Source: Octopus bimaculoides (Eukaryota). Taken from it: 64,000 nt of DNA. Numbering within the stretch: the stretch's first letter is position 1; each line of letters opens with the position of its first letter. The translations under genes and the position numbers were made by a program. The notes under the pieces are model-generated. The model was not told the DNA's origin, did no database searches, and saw nothing but the letters and a program-made list of their open reading frames with translations. Where the stretch lies: assembly GCF_001194135.2 (NCBI RefSeq), contig NC_068983.1:61301060-61365059 (forward strand), written 5' to 3'. Positions 52,853-64,000 of the stretch are shown here, piece after piece.

Positions 52853-55550
52853 AATCAAAATTCAAAGAGCAACCCAAAGCATCTCATACAACTCATGAGC
52901 CTAGTTCTGGGTGTATGAGCACTGCTTGTCAACCAGAGGAAGATTAGGGCCAGAGGCAAACTACTATGTCCAGGAACATTGCTTAACTTGCTCAATGTAC
53001 AAGAAGAATAGATGAATCTGAAAGTTGCGAGAGCATTGAATAAAAACCATGGCTGAATTTGCCACCAATAACAGTTCTTAGATGGACCAGTTGGACAAGG
53101 GCTGGACAACATTCTGAAGAGTGATGCTTCCAGGAAGCTAAGAACCATGGTGCAAGTGGTATACCAGGCATACCAAGATACATCTTTAGAATGAAGGAAG
53201 GAAAAGCAAACAAGCAGAATGGTTTTGGTGGAGGCAATACCAGATTACAGAACTGAATGAAGAACTAAGTCAGCTGAAGAAAAGGTGGAAAGAAGTAGAT
53301 GACAAAAGAAAAGTGGTTTTAAACCAGCTTAGCTTGGAGCTATGAAGAAACCTGTTCCAGGGTACAGAGCAGTCACTCTGGAAATGAAGAGAGAGAGACA
53401 GGGGAGTGAGAGAGAGAGAGAGCAATGAAAGGCTTTTTTTGGAAACCTCTTCCAGCTCACTGCTGACCTCCACACCAAACCGAAAAGCAAGATGTTAATA
53501 CGTTCCAGAGCAGAGATGCAGCAGTATATGATGACCTCAGAAAAGATATTCTGTTGGGAGATTGTCCCTTTCTACTGCACAACCCTATCAATATGGCAGA
53601 CTTTACTTTCAATGAAGTGAGGTTGGCAGTGGCAAAAGTTCAGGCAGGTTCTGTTCCAGGGCCATGCAGCACCACTTAGAGAATTTACAAAAGCTGCTGC
53701 TGAAGGAGCAGGAACCCTGGCTCTGGACATATGATAAGAACTGAAGATGAAGTTCACTGTGGGAAATTTCACCACTAAACGGTAGAAACAGGAAAAGCAT
53801 GTCATAGTAGGGTGTACAATTTCTATGGTCTTATTCATGGTCGCCATGAACATACTGTTAGAGGTGGGAAGGAAACAATCAAGATGGTCCAAAAACACAA
53901 GGTATCCAATTTGCATGGCCATGGTCGACATGATGGTCATGATACTATCAACAGAAGAGTCACAGCAAATATTGAGTTTGCTGGAAAACATGGCAACATG
54001 ATCATACATGAAGTTTAATCCAGGAGAATTTTGGAGTCTGTTGTATTCTCAAAGGACAGTTGACAAATGACATCTTCAGCATTCAGGGGTTTGAGATTCC
54101 AATAATCCAAGAAAAAGCAGTTTAATACCTTGGAGAAAATTACACCGAAGACACGAGGAGCTAGTTAGACAACTGGTTGAAAGCAGTTGATAAAAGCAAA
54201 CTACTTAGATGGTTCCAATATGGCATCATACTCAGCTGCAGTGACCAATTTTGCTTCATGACATTGCCATGACTGAGATAGAGGAAATGAAGAGGCTGTG
54301 AAATAAATTCATGTGAATTAGCGCTCTCCCTACTTTTAGCCCAGTCAGTCTGTCCCTCTAAGCTCTTCTTTCCAAGTTCATCAGTGGTAGAGGAATTCAA
54401 AGTCACGAAGGCAAGAATAATCAGCTCATTGCTCATATATGAGGATGAAAGAGTCAAACATGTTAAGAAGACAGCAAAAAGTGGAAGCCTGTGGAAGTTG
54501 TGAAGGAAGCAAGAACATGCTGGAAACACCAAGTGATGGTTGGAGTAGTCTGTCAGAGATGGTTATGACCTGACAACTAGAGTTGCATGAGATGAAAAAA
54601 CACCATTGCCAGGTGCAAAAGAAAGTTCATAGTGCAAAGGATCTGTGACTCAACAAAGAGAATCGCTGGATGAAAAGAATAGGGCTTTACATCATGGAGA
54701 ATGAATACATCAAGACCAAGTAATTGAGCAACCACTTTCCTGGAAGGAACTCTGGAGCAGTGACCAGAGAAGACTATCCTTCCTTCTTTGTATCATCAAT
54801 GCCATCAACCTCAAATATGCTAAAAATATGAATCAAAGAAGAAAATTCATCCTACAAGTAATGTTGAGCAATTCTTGCACCCATTTTGGCTGGATACTGA
54901 TACAAGAGGAAGCATGACAAAGTTCTTACATAAATAGCCAAGTGGACAGAACTGCAAAGGTTTAAGGTTAACAAACACTAGCCACCACCACCCAAGGGTA
55001 TCAGATTCTTGAAGAAAGGTGACAAGATTCCTAAGGTGAAAGCAGCAGTAGGGTATCTGCTTTCTATTTTGCCTCAGATTGAGAGGTCCAAATGAACATG
55101 AATTGCAGACTTGTCTTCCTAGAGGAGATAGTAACAATATCACTACAATCAGACATGCTCCTGCTCTCGAGGAACAATCATTGTAGTCAAACTTATAGTG
55201 ATCTGAGAGAACATAGTTGATATTTTTCACCAGCTAAAAATCAAATACCAGGACTTGGTTGATGAGGCCCTTGTCAAGAGGAGGCATGTGGCTATATTCC
55301 CTACTGAAATCAGCTGCCATGGCTTTCCAGGCAGATCAGTGTACTACTTCCTACAAAACATTAGTTTGAAACCTAAACAACTGCAGAAAGCCAAAACCAA
55401 CTCAAGGTAGCTATAGTTGACAAGAGACTGTAAGTGGAATCCTTCCACAGGTGAAAACTAGTTTAAGCCTTGCTGCCCTACACAAGCAAAGTGTAGGCTA
55501 AGGATTGAAATGCTTGTGCACCCCCCGATGCTTGTTGATGACATAGAAGA
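52853..55550 (+). mobile_element. Degraded HERO-like (R2-superfamily, RLE-type) non-LTR retrotransposon, 5' truncated
   Basis: Across frameshifts: GCTISMVLFMVAMN (RT), MKFNP, and a C-terminal DMLLL...KYQDL...FPTEISCHGF resembling the restriction-like endonuclease. Starts right after (TA)n. Confidence 0.7.
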
Positions 55551-55769
55551 GTTTCCATCCTTGTAATGAATTTAGAAGAGCTTGCAAAAACCTCTGAGTA
55601 GCTCTTGCATTTTATGCATGGGGAAAAGCATCTCTGATGTTTATTTCACTTCATATATGTACTCTTTACTTGTTTAATTGTTAGTCATTACATTGCAGTT
55701 ATATTGGGTAACTACCTTATAGGGTTAGTCACACAAATTTATCCCTGTGCTTATTTTGAAATCTGATAC

Positions 55770-56620
55770 ATATTCTAATGCTCTCTTTTGCTGAACTACA
55801 AGCTTATGGAGATGTAAACAAACCTACACAGATTATCATGTGGTGAAGGGACAAACACAAACCAAAAGACACACACACATGTATATAGATACATAGGATG
55901 GCTTCCACATGGTTTCAATTGGTTGACATTTCTCACAAAGTATCTGATGATGTAGGGCAAAAGAAAACACCTGACAAAGGTTCATTAGAGTGGAACTGAA
56001 CCTGGAAATATGTGGTTGCAAAATAAACTTCTTAACCACACAATCATGCTTGAGTTTCTCTCTCACTCACTCTATCTTTATATATATATATATATATATA
56101 TATATGTAAATGTATGTATACACACACATGTACAAATAAGTACAGGAGTGGCTACATAGTGAGAAGTTTTCTGCCTAACCATATGGTGCTGGGTGCAGTC
56201 CCATTTCCTGGCACCTTGGGTGTCTTCTACTATAGCTCTGGGTCAACCAAAATCGTGCGAGGGAATTCGGTAGACAGAAACTGAAAGGAACTCATTGTAT
56301 ATATATATGTGTGTGTGTTTGTGTCCCTTGTCTTGGCATCACATGATGCATATAAATGTATCTCCTTGTTTTGGCATCACATGATAGTTGTGAAATGACT
56401 GTCATACAAGTATCATTCATTTCAAATATCCTGCAAGAGCATGCCTGGCCTTGGGGAAATATTTCCTTGCTTGGAAACAGATGAGGGTTGGCGAAAGGAA
56501 GGGTGTCTGATCATAGAAAATCTACTTCAATTTCCTCCATCTAACCCATGAAAACATGGAAAAGTGGACATTAAAATCATGACAACAAACACACATACAC
56601 ACAGAGAGTCATCATCATCA
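55770..56620. mobile_element. Two divergently oriented tRNA-derived SINE copies around (TA)n (minus 55770-56060, plus 56140-56620)
   Basis: Same core as the 6165 and 60240 copies. Confidence 0.7.
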
Positions 56621-57586
56621 TTTCTTAATGTCTATCTTTCAAGCTGGCATGGATAGGTAGGTTTAATCTGATTGGCTGGAGGACTGTGTCATTTTCCAAT
56701 GTCTGCTTTAGCATGATTTCAGCAGCTATACACCAGCCATTTTACACTAGCATGTAGCTTACAAAACTATGATCCCTACTGACTGAGTGAGGCTCAAGTG
56801 GAGAAGTGAGCAGCTTTATGAGATGAAAAGCTAGAGTATGAAGGAAGGTGTTGGAACAAAGTTTTGCTGTTGAGGAGATAGATGGTTGCTCAGATCATAC
56901 AACAATGGATAGGGATATATAGCATTCATAGATATAATTTTTGTCATATTTCTGCCATGCTTGCATAGGAGAACAGATTTTCTTCAGCACATGCTGCCAA
57001 TTGTTACTGTGTGTGTGTGTATGTATATATACACACCTATACACATACACACGTGTATATATATACTTATACATACACACAAACATCACATATATACATA
57101 TACAAATACACACACATCCATTCAAACAATATGCATAATATGTACTGTATAGGTCCATGTAGCTATTACAATTTGGGGAATTTAAGGTAATGTATGTATG
57201 TGCATAGCATATTCTATTTTCTATCTTGAAATTAAAAATTAATGATTATAAGCATCAAATAATTACTGACTTATTCTATTTCCATGAATGAAATTAAGAA
57301 GGCAGTTTGTTTTGTCAGCTATTTTTGTGCAACACATTCTTGACATAAAGAGTAAACTTACTTTGAAGAGCAGCAAATAAGCTGATAGCTTATTATGCAA
57401 TTTAAGTTTACAGAAAAAATTAGAATTAAAACAAAGAGAATAAATCTGCTTCTGTAACAGTAAAAGTGGCAGTAACAATAGAGAAGGTAGTTGTCTGTTT
57501 TGTGTATGGGTGTATTAAAAGTTTTCACCAGCACTTGGCCCCAGCTGTATATAAATACAGTATTGTTGGTTTGGGATCATACTTGC

Positions 57587-57700
57587 CTGACTCGGTGCTG
57601 GCGCTAGAAGAGGACTGGTCGGAATACATTTGTGAGGGAGAAACTCGTTCAGGCAGCCACCCTGTGTAGGTATGACCTGCAGCGGAAGGGCGTGACAAAC
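57587..57700 (-). CDS. MADD: Probable MADD linker exon (GLSRPSAAGHTYTGWLPERVSPSQMYSDQSSSSASTES), 114 nt, phase 1-1, GC donor
   Basis: GC-richer open frame. Acceptor atatcag|GT, donor TCAG|gcaagt. Phase fits the downstream exons. No sequence homology recognised, so the call rests on signals and position. Confidence 0.6.
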
Positions 57701-59079
57701 CTGATATGTTAACAGCTTCAGCAGCCAACCAAAAAATCTTGGTATCCAAACATATTGTCAGCTAACATAACCCAAATAGCAAACCCTAATATTTTCTTAT
57801 AGGCAGCTTAATTAATGTAATAAATATGGCAGATTATTCTTTTCCTGTCAAAACAAGATAGAAGTATAATGCATAGGTGCACTTGTGCGTATATACATTA
57901 TTTTCCATTAAAATTTCTGATTTTATTTTATTAATAATGTATCCAAATAGATATTTAATAAATAAAATCATTAATTAAATTCAATTTGAGCTTATAAAAT
58001 GTTTTTCTTCAATCAAAAAATATTACTTGATGGGTGAAATGAAATGGAGAAAATTGTTTGACAGGTAAAGATTAATAAAACTTTTTTCATAATAATATTT
58101 ATATACTTTTTAAAGTTCCTCATTTTGATTGTATTTTTAAATGCTTTTCAGAATAAATAACGAAATGGAAAAAGAAAAAGAGAAATTTCAAAAAACAAGA
58201 AAAACAAGACAAAAGTTATTATTTAGATATTTCACCAGCCTCTATGTATTGTTATAATCTAAAATGTTGACAAATCGATGACTTATATTTTCAAATGAAT
58301 AATCACCTGCTTTGTAAGTTGCGTGTATACATACATACATGTATATATATATACATGCACACACATATAAATGCACACATATACATTCGTATGTATGTGT
58401 AAATATATATATATGTATGTATATACATATGTATGCATGAGTATATAAATATGCATCTATGGTATATAAATACACACACACACACACACATATATATATA
58501 TTTATATGCACACAAATATAAATATATATACTACTATTGTTTCAAAAGCGCTGTTAGAGCACATCACTTATTAATGAATACATACATTCATACACAAACA
58601 CATATACACAAATACACACTCACACACATGAACATAAATACACATACATACAGATATATACACACAGACACACATATATAAATACTTACATATCATACAT
58701 ATACATGCACACACATATGCATATATATATTTTTTCACACACACACACACATATGTATAACATATATGTACATAAATATATATGTATACATATAGATACA
58801 CACACACATATATATACATATATATATCTATATATATACATATATACGTATATATACATATATATATCTATATATACGTATATATATATATCTAAATATA
58901 TACATATATACGTTTATACATATACACATATACATACATATACACAAATATTTTATATTTTATAATACGTATGAATCATTCTGGATATTGCATCGAAATG
59001 TTCATAGGTCATTTTCATTATCATTATTATTATTATTATAAAGTATTTTCAATGGATCAGTTTTGAGATCTATTTAAAG

Positions 59080-59137
<58 letters not shown>

Positions 59138-59300
59138 TATATATATATATATATTATATAAATACACATGTATATATATACATACACATATAGATATATA
59201 TACATATATATATATATACATATATATACACACATATATAAATATACATGTACATATATATATACACACATACATATAAATCTCTCTCTCTCTCTCTCTG

Positions 59301-59370
<70 letters not shown>

Positions 59371-59384
59371 TATAGCGCTGACAC

Positions 59385-59865
59385 AACCGACGACAGTTCC
59401 ACCTGATTGGCACTCATGCCAGTTGAAGATTAAAAGCACATCCGAGCATGATTGTTGCCAGGGGCCATGGATTGGCTCTCGTGCCGGTGACACATGAAAA
59501 GCACCATTTGATTGTGATCATCACCAGCGTTGCCTTACCGGCACATGTGCCGGTGGTATGTCTAATACAACATTCGAGCATGGTCTCTGCAAATGCTGCT
59601 GGACTGGCTCTCATGCAGGTAGCACGTAAGAACACCTTTTGAGCATGGTCATTGCTAGAAACAACTGACAGGCCCTCATGCTGGCTGCACGTAAAATCTC
59701 CCACTACACTCTCAGAATGGTTGGCATTAGGAAGTTCATCCAGCTGTAGAAACTTTGACAGATCAGATTCAGCCTGGTGCAGCCACTAGCTCAGGAGTCC
59801 TCTATCAAACCGTCCAACCTATGCCAGCATTGGAAAGCAGACGTTAAATGATGACGATGATGTAT
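59385..59865 (+). mobile_element. RTE 3' UTR/tail within the microsatellite field
   Basis: Diagnostic sub-repeats and terminal GACGTTAAATGATGA. Confidence 0.85.
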
Positions 59866-59928
59866 ACAGATATATACATACATACACATATATATATATA
59901 TATATAACATACATATATAAATACATAC

Positions 59929-59967
<39 letters not shown>

Positions 59968-60239
59968 CACATACATATATNNNNNNNNNNACATACATAT
60001 ATGCATACATACATACATATATGCATACATATACACATACATACATATATATATACATAATTACACACATACATACACATATATATATACACATACATAT
60101 ACATATATATATATACATACATATACACACACATATACATACACACATACATATATATATATACACATACATATATATATACACACACATATATATATAT
60201 ATACAAATATACACATACATATATATATAAATCCATATA

Positions 60240-60630
60240 TATTCTTTTATTTGCTTCAGCCATTTCACTGTGGCCATGCTGGAGCACGGCCTTTAGTCGA
60301 GCAAATTGAGCTCAGGACTTATTCTTTGTAAGGCTAGTAATTATTCTCTCGGTCTCTCTCTACAGCTAAATGACGGAGATGTAAACACACCAGCATCGGT
60401 TGTGACGCAATGTTGGGGGGACAAACACAGACACAAATACATATGCAGACATATATATATATATATGATGGGGTTCTGTCAGTTTCTGTCTACCAAATAC
60501 ACTCACAAGGCTTTCGTTGGCCCGAGGCTATAGTAGAAGACACTTGCCTAAGGTGTCATGCAGTGGGACTGAACCTGGAACCATGTGGTTGGTAAGCAAG
60601 CTACTTATCACACAACCACTCCTGCACCTA
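60240..60630 (-). mobile_element. tRNA-derived SINE, well-preserved copy
   Basis: Minus strand GGAGTGGTTGTGTGATAAGTAG (A box) ... GGTTCAGTCCCACTGC (B box). Confidence 0.8.
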
Positions 60631-60692
60631 TATATATACATAATTTTCTATATATACATATGTATATGCAGATATATGTATGTACATATATA

Positions 60693-60760
<68 letters not shown>

Positions 60761-61007
60761 CATGTATACACACACACATATATATATATACACACATACA
60801 TATCTATACATATATATATAACTATATACATATACATAAATACATACATGCCTAAATATATATATATATATGCATATATATATATATATAAATATATATA
60901 TGCTTATGCTATGTGTGTATAAGAGTTATACTCTGAGGGAAAGTCACTATGTGGTTTCCCATCATGCTGGTAAAAAAAATTCATATTTAGTTTTTACCTG
61001 ACATGCG

Positions 61008-61089
<82 letters not shown>

Positions 61090-61208
61090 GATATATATAT
61101 ATACATACATTCCCATATATTTATAGATATATACATATAAATAGATATGCACCTATATATATATATATACACATACATGCCTATATATATATTTATACAT
61201 ATACATGC

Positions 61209-61247
<39 letters not shown>

Positions 61248-61584
61248 CGTACATGACTATATATACATTCAAATATATACATACATGTATGTATATAAAT
61301 ACCTGCATTAGCATATATACATATGTATATATACATACATATGTATATATACATACCTGCATATATATATATATATTATATATATATACATATATACATA
61401 CATATGTCTATATACATAGATGCATATATATATATATACATACATACATATATATGTACATATATATACACATACATATATACATATATATACACATACA
61501 TATATACATATATATACACATGCATACATATATACATACATATATATACACATAGATACATATATATCTATATATATATACATA

Positions 61585-61769
61585 CATCATCATCATCATC
61601 GTTTAACGTCCGTTTTCCATGCTAACATGGTTTGGACGGTTTGACTGGGCTCTGGGAAGCCATGAGACTGCACCAGGATCCAGTCTGATCTGACAGTGTT
61701 TCTACTGCTGTATGCCCTTCCTAACGCCAACCACTCCGTGAGTGTAGTGGATGCTTTTTACGTGCCACC
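61585..61769 (-). mobile_element. RTE 3' tail ending in (GAT)n, head-to-head with the LINE body
   Basis: Reverse complement of ...GGCGTTAGGAAGGGCA...GGAAAACGGACGTTAAACGATGATGATG. Confidence 0.9.
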
Positions 61770-63810
61770 ATGAAAAGATAGAAGTGTGGAGAAGCCATTA
61801 CGAAAGACTGCTGAATGTGGAGCATGAATGGGTGGAGGAGAGCCTGCCAAAAGTTGACCCATTAGAGGGACCAGCTATCCGAATAGACAGCTGCCTGGTA
61901 GATAAAGCAATTAAGGGTATGAAACCAGGAAAAGCCCCCATCAAGTATCACTGCTGAGATGCTTTAAATATCTGGTGGTGTGGGTTATGGCCTAGTCACC
62001 GACATTGTAAACCAAGTAGTTCATGATGGAGTCATACTCAATAACTGGCATAGCAGCACCATAGTTAGCTGCTACAAGGATAAATGTGATATTCTAGATA
62101 GAAGTAACTACAGGGGTAAAAAAACTGCTTGATCAGGTGAGGGATGTCATGAAGAGGGTCATAGCCCATCTCATTATGGAGAGAGTCTGCTTAGATGAGA
62201 TGCAGTTCGGTTTTGTGCCAGATAGAAGCACAATATAGAATATAGATTCCTGGTTCAACAACTACAGGAGAAATACCTAGCTAAAGATAAACCCCTATTC
62301 TTAGCTTTTGTGGACTTGGAGAAAGCCTTTGACAAGGTCCCTTGATCCCTTATCTGATGGGCTATGAGGTAACTGGGGATTGACGAATGGTTAATAAGAT
62401 CTGTACAGTCCCTATACAGAGAGGCCGTTAGTAAGGTTAGGATTGGCAATGAGTACAGTGAAGAATTCCGGTTAGAAGTAGGGGTCTACCAAGGATCAGC
62501 CCCCCAATCTCCTTTTATTCATCATAGTCTTCCAGGCAATAACACAGGAATTCAAGAAGGGTTGCCCCTGGGAGCTCCTCTATGCTGATGACCTGGCCCT
62601 CATAGCAAAATCACTACCAGAACTAGAGAAGAAATTTCAGGTGTGGAAGCAAGGTTTAGAATCAAAAGGCCTTAGAGTCAATGTAGCAAAGACCAAAGTT
62701 CTAGTAAGTAGGGAGGCGAACTCATCACACACACACCCTCAGGTAGGTGGCCCTGCTCAATCTGTAGAAGAGGTGTAGGTAGAAACTCCATAAGATGTAT
62801 CCAGTGTAAGCTATGGACACATAAGAGGTACAGCAACATCAAGGGAAGATTACCTGAGAAGATAGCTTTCATGTGCGGCAGATGCACAGGGGCAATAAAC
62901 ACCACAGATGCTCAGAAAACAGATTCCATCACAATCCAGGGGGAGAAACTGGAAGTAGTTAATAGCTTCCACTACCTAGGTGACCAAGTTAGTAGTGGGG
63001 GTGGATGCTCTGAGAGTGTTACCACTAGAATATGAATAGCCTGTGCAAAGTTTAGAAAGCTTCTACCCCTACTGGTGACAAAGGGCCTCTCGCTCAGAGT
63101 GAAAGGCAGAGTGTACGATGCATGGGTGCGAACTGCCATGCTGCACGGCAGTGAAACATGGGCCATGACTGTGGAGGACATGTTTATGTTCGAAAGAAAT
63201 GAAGCTAGCATGATCCGCTGGATGTGTAATGTCAGTGTGCACACACGACAGAGTGTAAGTGCTCTGAGAGAAATGTTGAACATAAGAAGCATAGGATGTG
63301 GTGTGCAATGTGCTGGTGTGGTCATGTACTACGGATGGATTAGGAGAGTTGTGTGAAGAAGTGCCACTCCCAAACAGTTGAAGGAATCCGAGGTAGAGGT
63401 AGAACCAGGAAGACATGGGATGAGGTGGTGAAGCATGACCTTTGAACGTTGGGCCTCACAGAGGCAATGACGAAAGACCGAGACCTCTGGAGATATGGTG
63501 TGGCTGCAAAGACCCAGCAAATAAAGTGAGTTCACGGCTGTATGCTATACCAGTTTCGGATAACCAGCTCAAGCCCATTCAAAAGTATCTTGGATTGTGG
63601 GGCAATCTGCTGTGCTTGAGGACACCTATTGAGTCAAGTACATCAACATCAAAATGAAATCAAATGGAAATTGTAGTAGTGATACCCATGCTGGTGGCAC
63701 GTAAAAAACACCATACGAATGTGGCCAATGCCAGCACCACCTTGACGAGCTTCCGTGCCGGTGGCACATAAAAAGCACCAACCTATCGAGGCCGTTGCCT
63801 CCTCTAGCCT
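61770..63810 (+). mobile_element. RTE-clade LINE body (RT, end of ORF, part of 3' UTR), degraded
   Basis: WRSHYERLLN, LAFVDLEKAFDKVP, GVYQGS, LYADDLAL, MLHGSETW, GRGRTRKTW. Confidence 0.93.
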
Positions 63811-64000
63811 ACATATATATATATACACACACATATAAACATACATATATATATATATACACATAATTATATACATATATATATACATACATATAATATA
63901 TACACATATAATTATATATATATACATATATATATACATATATATATATACACATATATATATATATACACATATATATATATATACACATATATATATA
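63811..64000. repeat. TA/CA microsatellite
   Basis: Directly visible. Confidence 0.95.

Larger units (their letters stand above)
58320..61590. repeat. Compound (TA)n/(CA)n/(TACA)n/(GA)n microsatellite field of ~3.3 kb, interrupted by TE copies
   Basis: Directly visible; the source of the Tyr/Ile/His-rich pseudo-ORFs. Confidence 0.97.

Noticed and set aside
58242-61644. Dozens of Tyr/Ile/His/Cys-rich ORFs
   Set aside because: Translations of TA/CA microsatellites, which lack stop codons.

Overview
AT-rich animal genomic DNA, inferred to be cephalopod (Octopus-like) from its repeat content, with five N gaps. The window lies inside the 3' half of one minus-strand gene, MADD (Rab3/Rab27 GEF, AEX-3 family). 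Nine in-frame exons were traced by hand (43254-43711, 40808-40964, 40022-40142, 38739-38955, 36173-36280, 34451-34615, 33395-33467, 29917-30023, 7453-7525), plus three likely linker exons upstream (57587-57700, 49643-49713, 47944-47992). The 5' exons and the last exons were not found and presumably lie outside the window. Introns carry RTE, CR1-like, HERO-like and Penelope-like retroelement relics, a mariner relic, two MITEs, tRNA-derived SINEs and large TA/CA microsatellite fields; these and the N gaps explain most of the ORF track. Best leads: (1) a minimal type I hammerhead ribozyme inside a 350-nt direct-repeat unit (retrozyme/Penelope-like) at 16.0-16.45 kb; (2) candidate neural microexons and a possible sterically exclusive alternative last exon around the C-terminal MADD junction; (3) a chain of small in-frame exons with tandem Rbfox motifs at 47-50 kb; (4) long inverted repeats that could form ADAR substrates; (5) an RTE copy with a twin-priming-like inversion. 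All alternative-exon calls are predictions from splice signals and frame only.
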